Part shown: piece by piece, positions 1 to 5,963 of the stretch | How the letters are laid out: each line of letters opens with the position of its first letter | How positions within the stretch are numbered: the first letter of the stretch is position 1 | Source of the DNA: a virus | Lineage: Duplodnaviria > Caudoviricetes | Virus record (IMG/VR): IMGVR_UViG_3300020458_000001 | Coordinates: 1-31,479 of that record | Strand: one strand, 5' to 3' | DNA length: 31,479 nt | Made by a program: the position numbers and the translations under genes | Notes under the pieces: generated by a model | Database searches by the model: none | Seen by the model: only the letters and a program-made list of their open reading frames with translations | Told to the model about the DNA's origin: nothing

Positions 1-77
1 AATGCCCTGAGCTTCCGGCGGATGACCAGCGGACTCATGCCTGGATCAACATCACTAGCGCACTGAGGAACAGCGGC
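1..77. repeat. Terminal overlap, copy 1 (identical to 31403-31479); marks a circular assembly
   Basis: Exact 77-nt identity between the first and last bases; an ORF reads through the join. Confidence 0.97.
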
Positions 78-710
78 AAGCGCGTCATCAAACTTGACGC
101 CCGAGCTGTCAATTACGCCAAGGAGGGCCTCAGAGAACTCCAGTCTCTCACCCGTGGTGCTGAAGATTGCAAACTGCTTGTATTTCAAGATCTCAACACT
201 AAGTCTCTCGACACGTGGATCAACCTCAGCTCGTGAGCCGATGGGCTGCTGCTGACGTCCTCTTCGTTTCGTTTCGTTTCGTGTCGTTTCGTTTCGTGTC
301 GTTTCCGTTTCATCCTCGCGTTTCGTAACACTTGCTTGAAACGTTTCAGTTTCACATAATTCCGTTAGCTTGCGCTCACGATGAGCGCGCACCCTCTTGG
401 TGCTCGTCGCGCGTTCTTGCGCTTCTTCGAAGCGAGAAATGAACAACCTCGAGCGCTTGTGACTAAGGAAGCCGTCCTGAATCATGGCCCCAACGGCGGC
501 AGCAACGCTCGCCGACTCGTCTGCATGCGAGCCCAGGGCGCGGGCCATGTCAGCTCCCGGATCGGTCGTTGCGGCCAGCAGTGTCCCGTCGTCTCGAGCC
601 ACGCGAATTAGGTAGTCGCGGATTCCGCGCCAAAGAACCGGCCACGCCTTGTGGTCAAGATTCTCGCGCACATAGAGCTTCCTCCAGTTTTCTCTCGAAA
701 ATTGCATCAT
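1..710 (-). CDS. Phage replication initiator / replisome-organiser-like protein, 5' part (continues at 31402..31204; 302 aa in total)
   Basis: Hand-translated and missing from the ORF track: no stop from ATG 710 across the junction, MMQFSRENWRKLYVRENLDHKAWP...FEEAQERATSTKRVRAHRERKL...ETTRNETTRNETKRR. The 'ST.RVR.HRERK' motif followed by a DNA-repeat linker, directly after a Cro-like gene, is typical of phage initiators. Confidence 0.75.
   Translation of the reverse strand, partial: MMQFSRENWRKLYVRENLDHKAWPVLWRGIRDYLIRVARDDGTLLAATTDPGADMARALGSHADESASVAAAVGAMIQDGFLSHKRSRLFISRFEEAQERATSTKRVRAHRERKLTELCETETFQASVTKREDETETTRNETTRNETKRRGRQQQPIGSRAEVDPRVERLSVEILKYKQFAIFSTTGERLEFSEALLGVIDSSGVKFDDALAAVPQCASDVDPGMSPLVIRRKLRA
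266..355. repeat. GTTTC/GTGTC pentamer array plus palindrome TGAAACGTTTCA (337-348); candidate replication origin iterons
   Basis: Eight tandem pentamers at 266-305 with further GTTTC copies to about 353, inside the initiator gene. The repeat is seen directly; the origin role is inferred from lambda O. Confidence 0.65.
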
Positions 711-731
711 GGCCCCAACCGCCCCAAATGT

Positions 732-983
732 TCACCCATGCTTTGACATCTCCAGCGTGATTTCATGCTGACAAAGAAACGAGAGCCGCACGCCGAGAAC
801 GTCTGCGATGCGTTTAAGCGTAAGCGCCCGCGGATTGCCGATCGCGCCCGTTTCAATTTTGCGAGTTGTGCCGCGAGCAACTCCCGCGAGCCGATCAACT
901 TCTGACGCTGCCACGCCGAGCTTCTCGCGCGCCAACTCAACACGTCGGCAAAGCCTGCGATCGTCGTTTGCGGTGATTGACAT
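732..983 (-). CDS. Cro/CI-type XRE helix-turn-helix regulator (83 aa)
   Basis: RVELAREKLGVAASEVDRLAGVARGTTRKIETGAIGNPRALTLKRIADVLGV fits HTH_3. Start placed at ATG 983, just after a -10 box. Confidence 0.88.
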   Translation of the reverse strand: MSITANDDRRLCRRVELAREKLGVAASEVDRLAGVARGTTRKIETGAIGNPRALTLKRIADVLGVRLSFLCQHEITLEMSKHG

Positions 984-989
984 GACATG

Positions 990-1019
990 ATTATGGTGCA
1001 AAAAAGCACCATTGGTCAA
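990..1019 (-). promoter_or_regulatory. Leftward sigma70-type promoter with internal operator palindrome
   Basis: TTGACC-N18-CATAAT on the - strand; perfect inverted repeat ATGGTGC-N6-GCACCAT at 993-1012. Confidence 0.75.
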
Positions 1020-1095
1020 GTGATTATTTTTGGCCCCACCAAGCGCTTCGCGCACGCCCGCTAGCCCAAAGCGCCAAACAGCGACGACGCAAACC

Positions 1096-1125
1096 TTGAC
1101 AGCTGATGCTTAAATGCGCAATAAT
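1096..1125 (+). promoter_or_regulatory. Rightward sigma70-type promoter for the recombination operon
   Basis: TTGACA-N18-AATAAT; the spacer is a degenerate copy of the leftward promoter's operator. Confidence 0.7.
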
Positions 1126-1166
1126 GGGTCTACCCACTCAGCCAGGGCTTTAAACAAAGGGACAAA

Positions 1167-1982
1167 ATGGACGAGAACGAAAAACACCAGGCGGGCATGT
1201 TGCCCGACGACCCCAGAGAGAACTGCGTGCCTTTCTGGCCAAACAGCGACGACAGGGCGGCGCCGGCCTCCGGCGCAGCACTTGCGGTGGGCCTGCTCCG
1301 AGCACAACAGGCGCTTCGCAATGTGCCCAAAAATGGGCGCAACAAATTTCACGGATACGCCTACGCCACGGCGGAGGATATGATCGGCGCTTGTCGTCAC
1401 GCGCTGCACCAGCATGAACTTTTTGCGGAGCGCGTCGGCTGTTCCATCGTCGCGATCGGCGCGGTTTGGGTGCTGCGCTCACAAATGAGAGTCAGCCACG
1501 CGCCGAGCGGCGAGTCGCGCGACGGCGTGTTCGACTACCCGATTTGCCCAGAAAAAGGTCGCCCACTCGACAAGGCGACTAGCGCGAGTATGAGCACGTC
1601 GCTGTCCTACTGGCTCCGAGATCTGCTGCAGGTCCCGCGCTGCGACGATGAGGTGGACTTCGACAGGTCTCGGAGCCAAGCGCCCCGGGAACTCAGCCGA
1701 TCACACGGGGTCAGCCGCGACACAGACGGGCCGCTCTCACAACTGAAAGAGCTGGAGCGACAATTCAGCGAAACGAGCAAAGCCGCCGATCTTACGCGGA
1801 TCGCGTCAGAAGTTGATCGATTGTGGGAAGAGCTGTCGCCGGCGCAGGCGGAGGCGCTTTGCGTCAGATTTGACGATTTCAAAGATCTAAAAGACCTGAA
1901 AGAGCGGCAGATCAGTGCGCGCCGCGCAGCGCGGCGGAAGCAACCACGAAACTCAAGAAACGGGAGAAAAGAAAATGTCTGA
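1167..1982 (+). CDS. ERF-family single-strand annealing protein
   Basis: LLRAQQALRNVPKNGRNKFHGYAYATAEDMIGACRHALHQHEL and KATSASMSTSLSYWLRDLLQVP..DD match ERF N- and C-motifs; sits next to SSB and a nuclease. Confidence 0.85.
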   Translation: MDENEKHQAGMLPDDPRENCVPFWPNSDDRAAPASGAALAVGLLRAQQALRNVPKNGRNKFHGYAYATAEDMIGACRHALHQHELFAERVGCSIVAIGAVWVLRSQMRVSHAPSGESRDGVFDYPICPEKGRPLDKATSASMSTSLSYWLRDLLQVPRCDDEVDFDRSRSQAPRELSRSHGVSRDTDGPLSQLKELERQFSETSKAADLTRIASEVDRLWEELSPAQAEALCVRFDDFKDLKDLKERQISARRAARRKQPRNSRNGRKENV

Positions 1983-2376
1983 AGGACTCAACCGCGTCAT
2001 GCTTCTCGGCAACCTCGGAGCAGATCCGGAGCTTCGGGAAACTCAGAGCGGCACACCCGTGCTCAACGTGAGACTCGCCACGTCATCGCGTTTCAAGGAT
2101 CGAAGCGACGAATGGCAAGATCGAACCGAGTGGCACAACGTTGTCATCTGGGGCAAGCGCGGGCAAGCCCTGCACCGCATCCTCAAAAAGGGTTCCCCGG
2201 TGTTCGTCGAGGGCTCCCTGCGGACAAGTAGTTTCGAGGGGCGCGACGGCGTTCAGCGCCATAAAACGGAAATAAAGGCAGATAATGTCATATTAATCGG
2301 CGGCAATCGCGGCCCCGAGCCGCGCGACGAGCGCCGAGAACTCGAACCGAGGAAGCAAAATGCAGACTTTTTCTAG
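1975..2376 (+). CDS. ssb: Single-stranded DNA-binding protein (133 aa)
   Basis: MSEGLNRVMLLGNLGADPELR...TEWHNVVIWGK...KGSPVFVEGSLRT; acidic-aromatic tail ADFF; GGAG upstream of ATG 1975. Confidence 0.97.
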   Translation: MSEGLNRVMLLGNLGADPELRETQSGTPVLNVRLATSSRFKDRSDEWQDRTEWHNVVIWGKRGQALHRILKKGSPVFVEGSLRTSSFEGRDGVQRHKTEIKADNVILIGGNRGPEPRDERRELEPRKQNADFF

Positions 2377-3361
2377 CCTCGGAAGCAGTTTTTTTCAATT
2401 CGCCAATTTGACAGCGTCGAAAGTCGGGCTATTCCGGCTCTGCTCATACCCTTTCAAGCCCGGCCGATCGTGGCCCGAGCGAAAAAATGCGGCGATGTCA
2501 GTGGGCTCACAGATCCACACGTGGTCGGAGAATGTCATAGACGGCGCAGAGCCTAATTTTGGCGGGGCAAGCGCCGAGGCGATCGATCTGTGGGACAAAA
2601 ACCGCCACCAAGTCGACGAACTCGCAAGCCAGGGCGGCACAAGATCCGAGGTCCCCTATGCGATCGGCCCGGATCTGCGTTGCCACGAATTGAAAAAAGG
2701 CACCCATCGCGATTACTCCAGCGCCCCCGATGGCTCAATATGCGGCACAGCTGACGCTGTGAAAGCGGAGCGCGACCGCGTGATCGTGTCGGACTGGGAA
2801 GTGTCGCTGTCAACTTTTGGCGGATACAAGCCTGCTCCTCCCTACAACTGGCAACTCAAGACTCTGGCTTTTGCCGCTGCCCACGTCGAGCGCGTGAACT
2901 CGGCTGAAATCAGAGTCGTGAGAATGCGCCCATTCGGGCCGAGTGTGGAGACCGCTGAACTCAATGTGTTCGACCTCGAGGCGATCCGAGACGAGTTGAT
3001 TGATATGCGCGCAAATGGCGAAAAGCTGATCGACACACCGAGGCCCGGGGAACATTGCCAAAAAAAGTTTTGTCCGCTGCGGGGCATCTGCCCTGTCGGA
3101 GATCTGCATATGCGCGAAGCAGAGAAGCTCAAAACCGGGAAACTGAACAGCGAGCCGCTGACCGACGAAATCAGAGACGCCACGCACGCAGCGATCATCT
3201 ATGACCGCTTAAAACACGCCGAGGCAGGCGTTAAGGCCATTAAAAAACGGTTGAACATTTTCAGCGAGAAGAACGGCGGGATCATTTTGAGCAACGGGAA
3301 AACCTACAAGAAAAGGGAGTTAAGCAATGGGCGGGAACGATTCGGCGAGTCTCGGGCGTGA
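2360..3361 (+). CDS. PD-(D/E)XK (PDDEXK_1, Cas4/AddB-like) exonuclease
   Basis: GSQIHTWSE, GTADAV...VIVSDWE, WQLKTLA and C-terminal PGEHCQKKFCPLRGICP with an N-terminal Cys (Fe-S staple pattern). Start position uncertain. Confidence 0.8.
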   Translation: MQTFSSLGSSFFQFANLTASKVGLFRLCSYPFKPGRSWPERKNAAMSVGSQIHTWSENVIDGAEPNFGGASAEAIDLWDKNRHQVDELASQGGTRSEVPYAIGPDLRCHELKKGTHRDYSSAPDGSICGTADAVKAERDRVIVSDWEVSLSTFGGYKPAPPYNWQLKTLAFAAAHVERVNSAEIRVVRMRPFGPSVETAELNVFDLEAIRDELIDMRANGEKLIDTPRPGEHCQKKFCPLRGICPVGDLHMREAEKLKTGKLNSEPLTDEIRDATHAAIIYDRLKHAEAGVKAIKKRLNIFSEKNGGIILSNGKTYKKRELSNGRERFGESRA

Positions 3362-3612
3362 GTCACTCGAGCAACTGTCCCGACGAGCAGCGCAGGCAGG
3401 GCGGTTCGCGGTGCTCTACGATCCTGGCGGTCGACACAAAATTATTGTCTGGCTTGGGAAAAACTCGGCTTGTTTCGATCCTGCTCTGGCTCGCTGCCGG
3501 ACTCGGCAACCGTGAGTTGAAAAAGCTGGTGCTGCTCGCACAGAGCTACACGGACTCACCCATCGACACTCATTCCCAGGGCTCGGCAGTGAGCCGGGTT
3601 GACAGAAAGTAA
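3358..3612 (+). CDS. Hypothetical protein (84 aa)
   Basis: GTGA overlap with the nuclease stop; fills the operon end. No family recognised. Confidence 0.45.
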   Translation: MSHSSNCPDEQRRQGGSRCSTILAVDTKLLSGLGKTRLVSILLWLAAGLGNRELKKLVLLAQSYTDSPIDTHSQGSAVSRVDRK

Positions 3613-3675
3613 ACTAAACCCCTCTGGAAGATGTAGTCTGCAAGTGCCTGGAATTGCTAGCCAGCGACCCCGTTA

Positions 3676-3707
3676 GAAGGGAACTTTCGATCCATTAAGC
3701 TTCCTTC
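3676..3707. terminator. Imperfect inverted repeat between convergent operons
   Basis: GAAGGGAACTT-N10-AAGCTTCCTTC (9/11 Watson-Crick); no U-tract, so a terminator role is uncertain. Confidence 0.3.
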
Positions 3708-3708
3708 G

Positions 3709-4245
3709 TCAAGTTTGCGCGCCGGGCTTCCGGTTAACCCCGATCAGATCTCCAGCGGCACACCCGAGCGCCTTGGCCAGCTTTCTTATTTGCGCAAGCT
3801 GTGGCTCAAATTCGCCACGCTCCCAGCGGCTGACGTTTTGAAAAGACAGCCCGCACCGATCCGCCAGCGCGCTTTGCGTGAGCCCTGAGCAACCTCGCTG
3901 CCGCTTCAGTTTCTCGCCCGTCGACATTTTGAGGCTGAGGCGCCCGATCGTCTTGATGCACATGCCGCACGTCAGCTCGCCGACCGTACCGTCCCGATGT
4001 TGGGCCACGTATCGATCGCTTTGTTTGTGACCGCACCGTGAGCACGTTGTGATGCACCCCAGACACTGCATTACGCTGCGGACAGCGCCGCCATGATGGC
4101 GAAGCCAGAGCTGAACCGGCTTGCGCTCTTCACACTCGTAGCAAATGCAGTCGTCGCACTGATCCCACAGATCCGTGTCGTGCGCGTGCTCCCGCGGATC
4201 GAAATCAAATACACGATCGCAGTGCCTACACATCTCTGTGCTCAC
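3709..4245 (-). CDS. Cys-rich (multiple CxxC) domain fused to a C-terminal XRE HTH
   Basis: CRHC, CDDCICYEC, CLGC, CSRC, CGMC, then GEKLKRQRGCSGLTQSALADRCGLSFQNVSRWERGEFEPQLAQIRKLAKALG; GGAG RBS and GTGA overlap. Confidence 0.85.
   Translation of the reverse strand: MSTEMCRHCDRVFDFDPREHAHDTDLWDQCDDCICYECEERKPVQLWLRHHGGAVRSVMQCLGCITTCSRCGHKQSDRYVAQHRDGTVGELTCGMCIKTIGRLSLKMSTGEKLKRQRGCSGLTQSALADRCGLSFQNVSRWERGEFEPQLAQIRKLAKALGCAAGDLIGVNRKPGAQT
4215..4242. repeat. 28-bp exact direct repeat, copy 1
   Basis: GATCGCAGTGCCTACACATCTCTGTGCT, identical at 5791-5818. Confidence 0.95.
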
Positions 4246-4481
4246 GAGATTTTCTCCGCGCTCTGCTCAAGCGTCACGTTGAGAGCAAGCGTTGACGCGC
4301 CAGGCACGATCTCACCAGTCTCGTCTAGGTCATCACTACGCACGACAACAAAGCCTTCAGCGCCGCCCACCACCGTCATCCTCACCTCGCGGCCCCACTC
4401 GCCGGTGACGAAGAATTCACGGCCGCACACTGCGCCTAAAACTGCGTTTTGAATTTGCTTGCTCTTTGGCTTGTCGGTCAT
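4242..4481 (-). CDS. Hypothetical protein (79 aa, MTDKPKSKQ...)
   Basis: ATGA overlap with the upstream stop and GAGGA RBS; start revised from the ORF track's 4556. Confidence 0.75.
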   Translation of the reverse strand: MTDKPKSKQIQNAVLGAVCGREFFVTGEWGREVRMTVVGGAEGFVVVRSDDLDETGEIVPGASTLALNVTLEQSAEKIS

Positions 4482-4753
4482 GATGTGTCCTCGGCGCCAA
4501 GTGTCGGGATAAGCGTCCAGCGGTCGGGCTCGCTGAGGTTGTCGATCAACTCCCAAGCTTGCGCGCTTTCCGCGAGTTCGCCCAATTCTCTCTCCAGGTC
4601 GCCCAGTAAAAAACAGCCGGGGCTGGTGTTGAAGCTGAGCCCGCGCTCGGCGTCGAGATTGATCGCAACGGTGATCCCCTCTCGGCGCTCGTCATCGGTA
4701 AAACCAGCCGCGTCATTAATGAGCAACTCTTGGTGCAATTCTGTGATTTTCAT
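4478..4753 (-). CDS. Hypothetical acidic protein (91 aa)
   Basis: AAAGGA RBS; ATGA coupling at both ends. Confidence 0.8.
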   Translation of the reverse strand: MKITELHQELLINDAAGFTDDERREGITVAINLDAERGLSFNTSPGCFLLGDLERELGELAESAQAWELIDNLSEPDRWTLIPTLGAEDTS

Positions 4754-4962
4754 ACCGTGTCCTTTGTAATGGCCTGATTTATCAACCTCTTCGCGGCTGC
4801 AATGCTAACTGGCGCGCGTAGTGAGAGATCTACGTTAACAACTGGGCCCGATATTTCGTAGAGATCAACTGTCGCAAGGTAGAGCTTGCCAAAGCAAGTC
4901 CGCCAAACGTCGCGGCTAACTTTTGACAAAGTGATGGTATGCCCCTTGTAGATCTTGCTCAT
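4750..4962 (-). CDS. Hypothetical protein (70 aa)
   Basis: AAAGGA RBS; ATGA coupling at both ends. Confidence 0.8.
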   Translation of the reverse strand: MSKIYKGHTITLSKVSRDVWRTCFGKLYLATVDLYEISGPVVNVDLSLRAPVSIAAAKRLINQAITKDTV

Positions 4963-5399
4963 GATGCTGTGTCCTTTTCGCGGTTTTCAAAACAAAACCT
5001 CGCTTCAATCCACCCAAGTTGCTTGCTCACAGTCTCGTGCGCCCCCGAGCCCTCCAAGCTTCCGTCGAGAATTTCACGGGCCAACTCTAGTTGCTTCCCA
5101 CTGCTCAAGTCGTCGAACCACGATCGCAATGCGTCGTAGCAGTCGTGTCCTGTCAGCTTTACGCTGCCCCTGTTCTCTGGCTCGTATCCGCCCGTTTTCG
5201 TTTGAGCATCTGGGCAATGATCGGCAATGGCGCTGCCGTATTCATGAAAAACGGTGTCAACTCCGCGACCAACGACGCGGAATTTCCACAGTGACCACGC
5301 GCCGTCCGTGAAATCGTTTTCAATAATGTCTAGCTCGTATTCTGCGATCGTCATTTCTATCTCCCTATCTGCGCTTTCGATGTAAACCTTGATCATCAT
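4959..5399 (-). CDS. Hypothetical protein (146 aa, MMIKVYIESADRE...)
   Basis: AAAGGA RBS and ATGA overlap at 5396-5399; start revised from the ORF track's 5633. Confidence 0.8.
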   Translation of the reverse strand: MMIKVYIESADREIEMTIAEYELDIIENDFTDGAWSLWKFRVVGRGVDTVFHEYGSAIADHCPDAQTKTGGYEPENRGSVKLTGHDCYDALRSWFDDLSSGKQLELAREILDGSLEGSGAHETVSKQLGWIEARFCFENREKDTAS

Positions 5400-5611
5400 G
5401 CCGTGTCCTTTCTTCTCACAATCTCGAGGTCGTCGTTGCACGTCCCGATGAGCAGCCGCGTTTCGTCCCATGACCAAACGCCAAGTGTGCACGCTGGGCC
5501 CTCTCCGCCGAATGTTGGCAGGTCGGTGCTCCAGGCCTCGGGGTCTTGAGCGCACATCGCGGAGGGGTGGTCCGAGATCATTAATTCGAGTAGTTCGTCC
5601 AGGTTTTTCAT
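5396..5611 (-). CDS. Hypothetical protein (71 aa; DLPTFGGEGP..TLGVWSWDETRLL)
   Basis: Translationally coupled at both ends; plausible globular composition. Confidence 0.8.
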   Translation of the reverse strand: MKNLDELLELMISDHPSAMCAQDPEAWSTDLPTFGGEGPACTLGVWSWDETRLLIGTCNDDLEIVRRKDTA

Positions 5612-5850
5612 AACACCAACCCTTCCAGCTCACGCTGAATCACCTTCACTGTTGACCGAAGCGAGTTGAGGTCTTGGGCCAGGTTATCCAGTTGAGGCCG
5701 GCACTTGCCCGGGTTGCCGCCGTACTTCTTCATCGCGTACCGCGCATCCCTTACGATCTGTTCCGCATGGGTCAGGAGCTGGGTGATTCTGATCGCAGTG
5801 CCTACACATCTCTGTGCTTTGGTGTTCTCTTCCGTGTTGTTCGTGCTCAT
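5608..5850 (-). CDS. Hypothetical helical protein (80 aa), first gene of the cassette
   Basis: Follows the promoter and a purine-rich RBS (GAGAGAGA); ATGA overlap downstream. Confidence 0.75.
   Translation of the reverse strand: MSTNNTEENTKAQRCVGTAIRITQLLTHAEQIVRDARYAMKKYGGNPGKCRPQLDNLAQDLNSLRSTVKVIQRELEGLVL
5791..5818. repeat. 28-bp exact direct repeat, copy 2
   Basis: Identical to 4215-4242. Confidence 0.95.
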
Positions 5851-5874
5851 GTTGTTATCTCTCTCTTCTTACTT

Positions 5875-5904
5875 ATAATATAATCACTAGTGGTTAACAT
5901 TCAA
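5875..5904 (-). promoter_or_regulatory. Promoter of the small-gene cassette with operator-like palindrome
   Basis: TTGAAT-N18-TATTAT in an AT-rich patch; palindrome TAATCACTAGTGGTTA (5881-5896, 14/16 symmetric) in the spacer. Confidence 0.7.
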
Positions 5905-5963
5905 GGGCAAATCGGCTCAAGCGGTGCGATTTCCGGAGGTTGGTTGCCCTCGAGGGGGCGTGG

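Noticed and set aside
266-311. Pentamer array as a CRISPR array
   Set aside because: 5-bp units without spacers, inside a CDS.
707-1012. 101-aa - strand ORF overlapping the HTH gene
   Set aside because: Alternative frame of a clear XRE gene with no recognisable motifs; it starts inside the promoter.
2360-3361. Cas4-like gene as part of a CRISPR-Cas system
   Set aside because: No array or other cas genes; the SSAP-SSB-nuclease context indicates recombination.
3613-3708. Possible tRNA-derived attP (GCGACCCCG...TTCGATCC)
   Set aside because: Only a short match to a tRNA 3' end, no intact T-arm, and no integrase in the genome.
4215-5818. 28-bp repeat pair as a diversity-generating retroelement TR/VR
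   Set aside because: Too short, no adenine-specific mismatches, and no reverse transcriptase.
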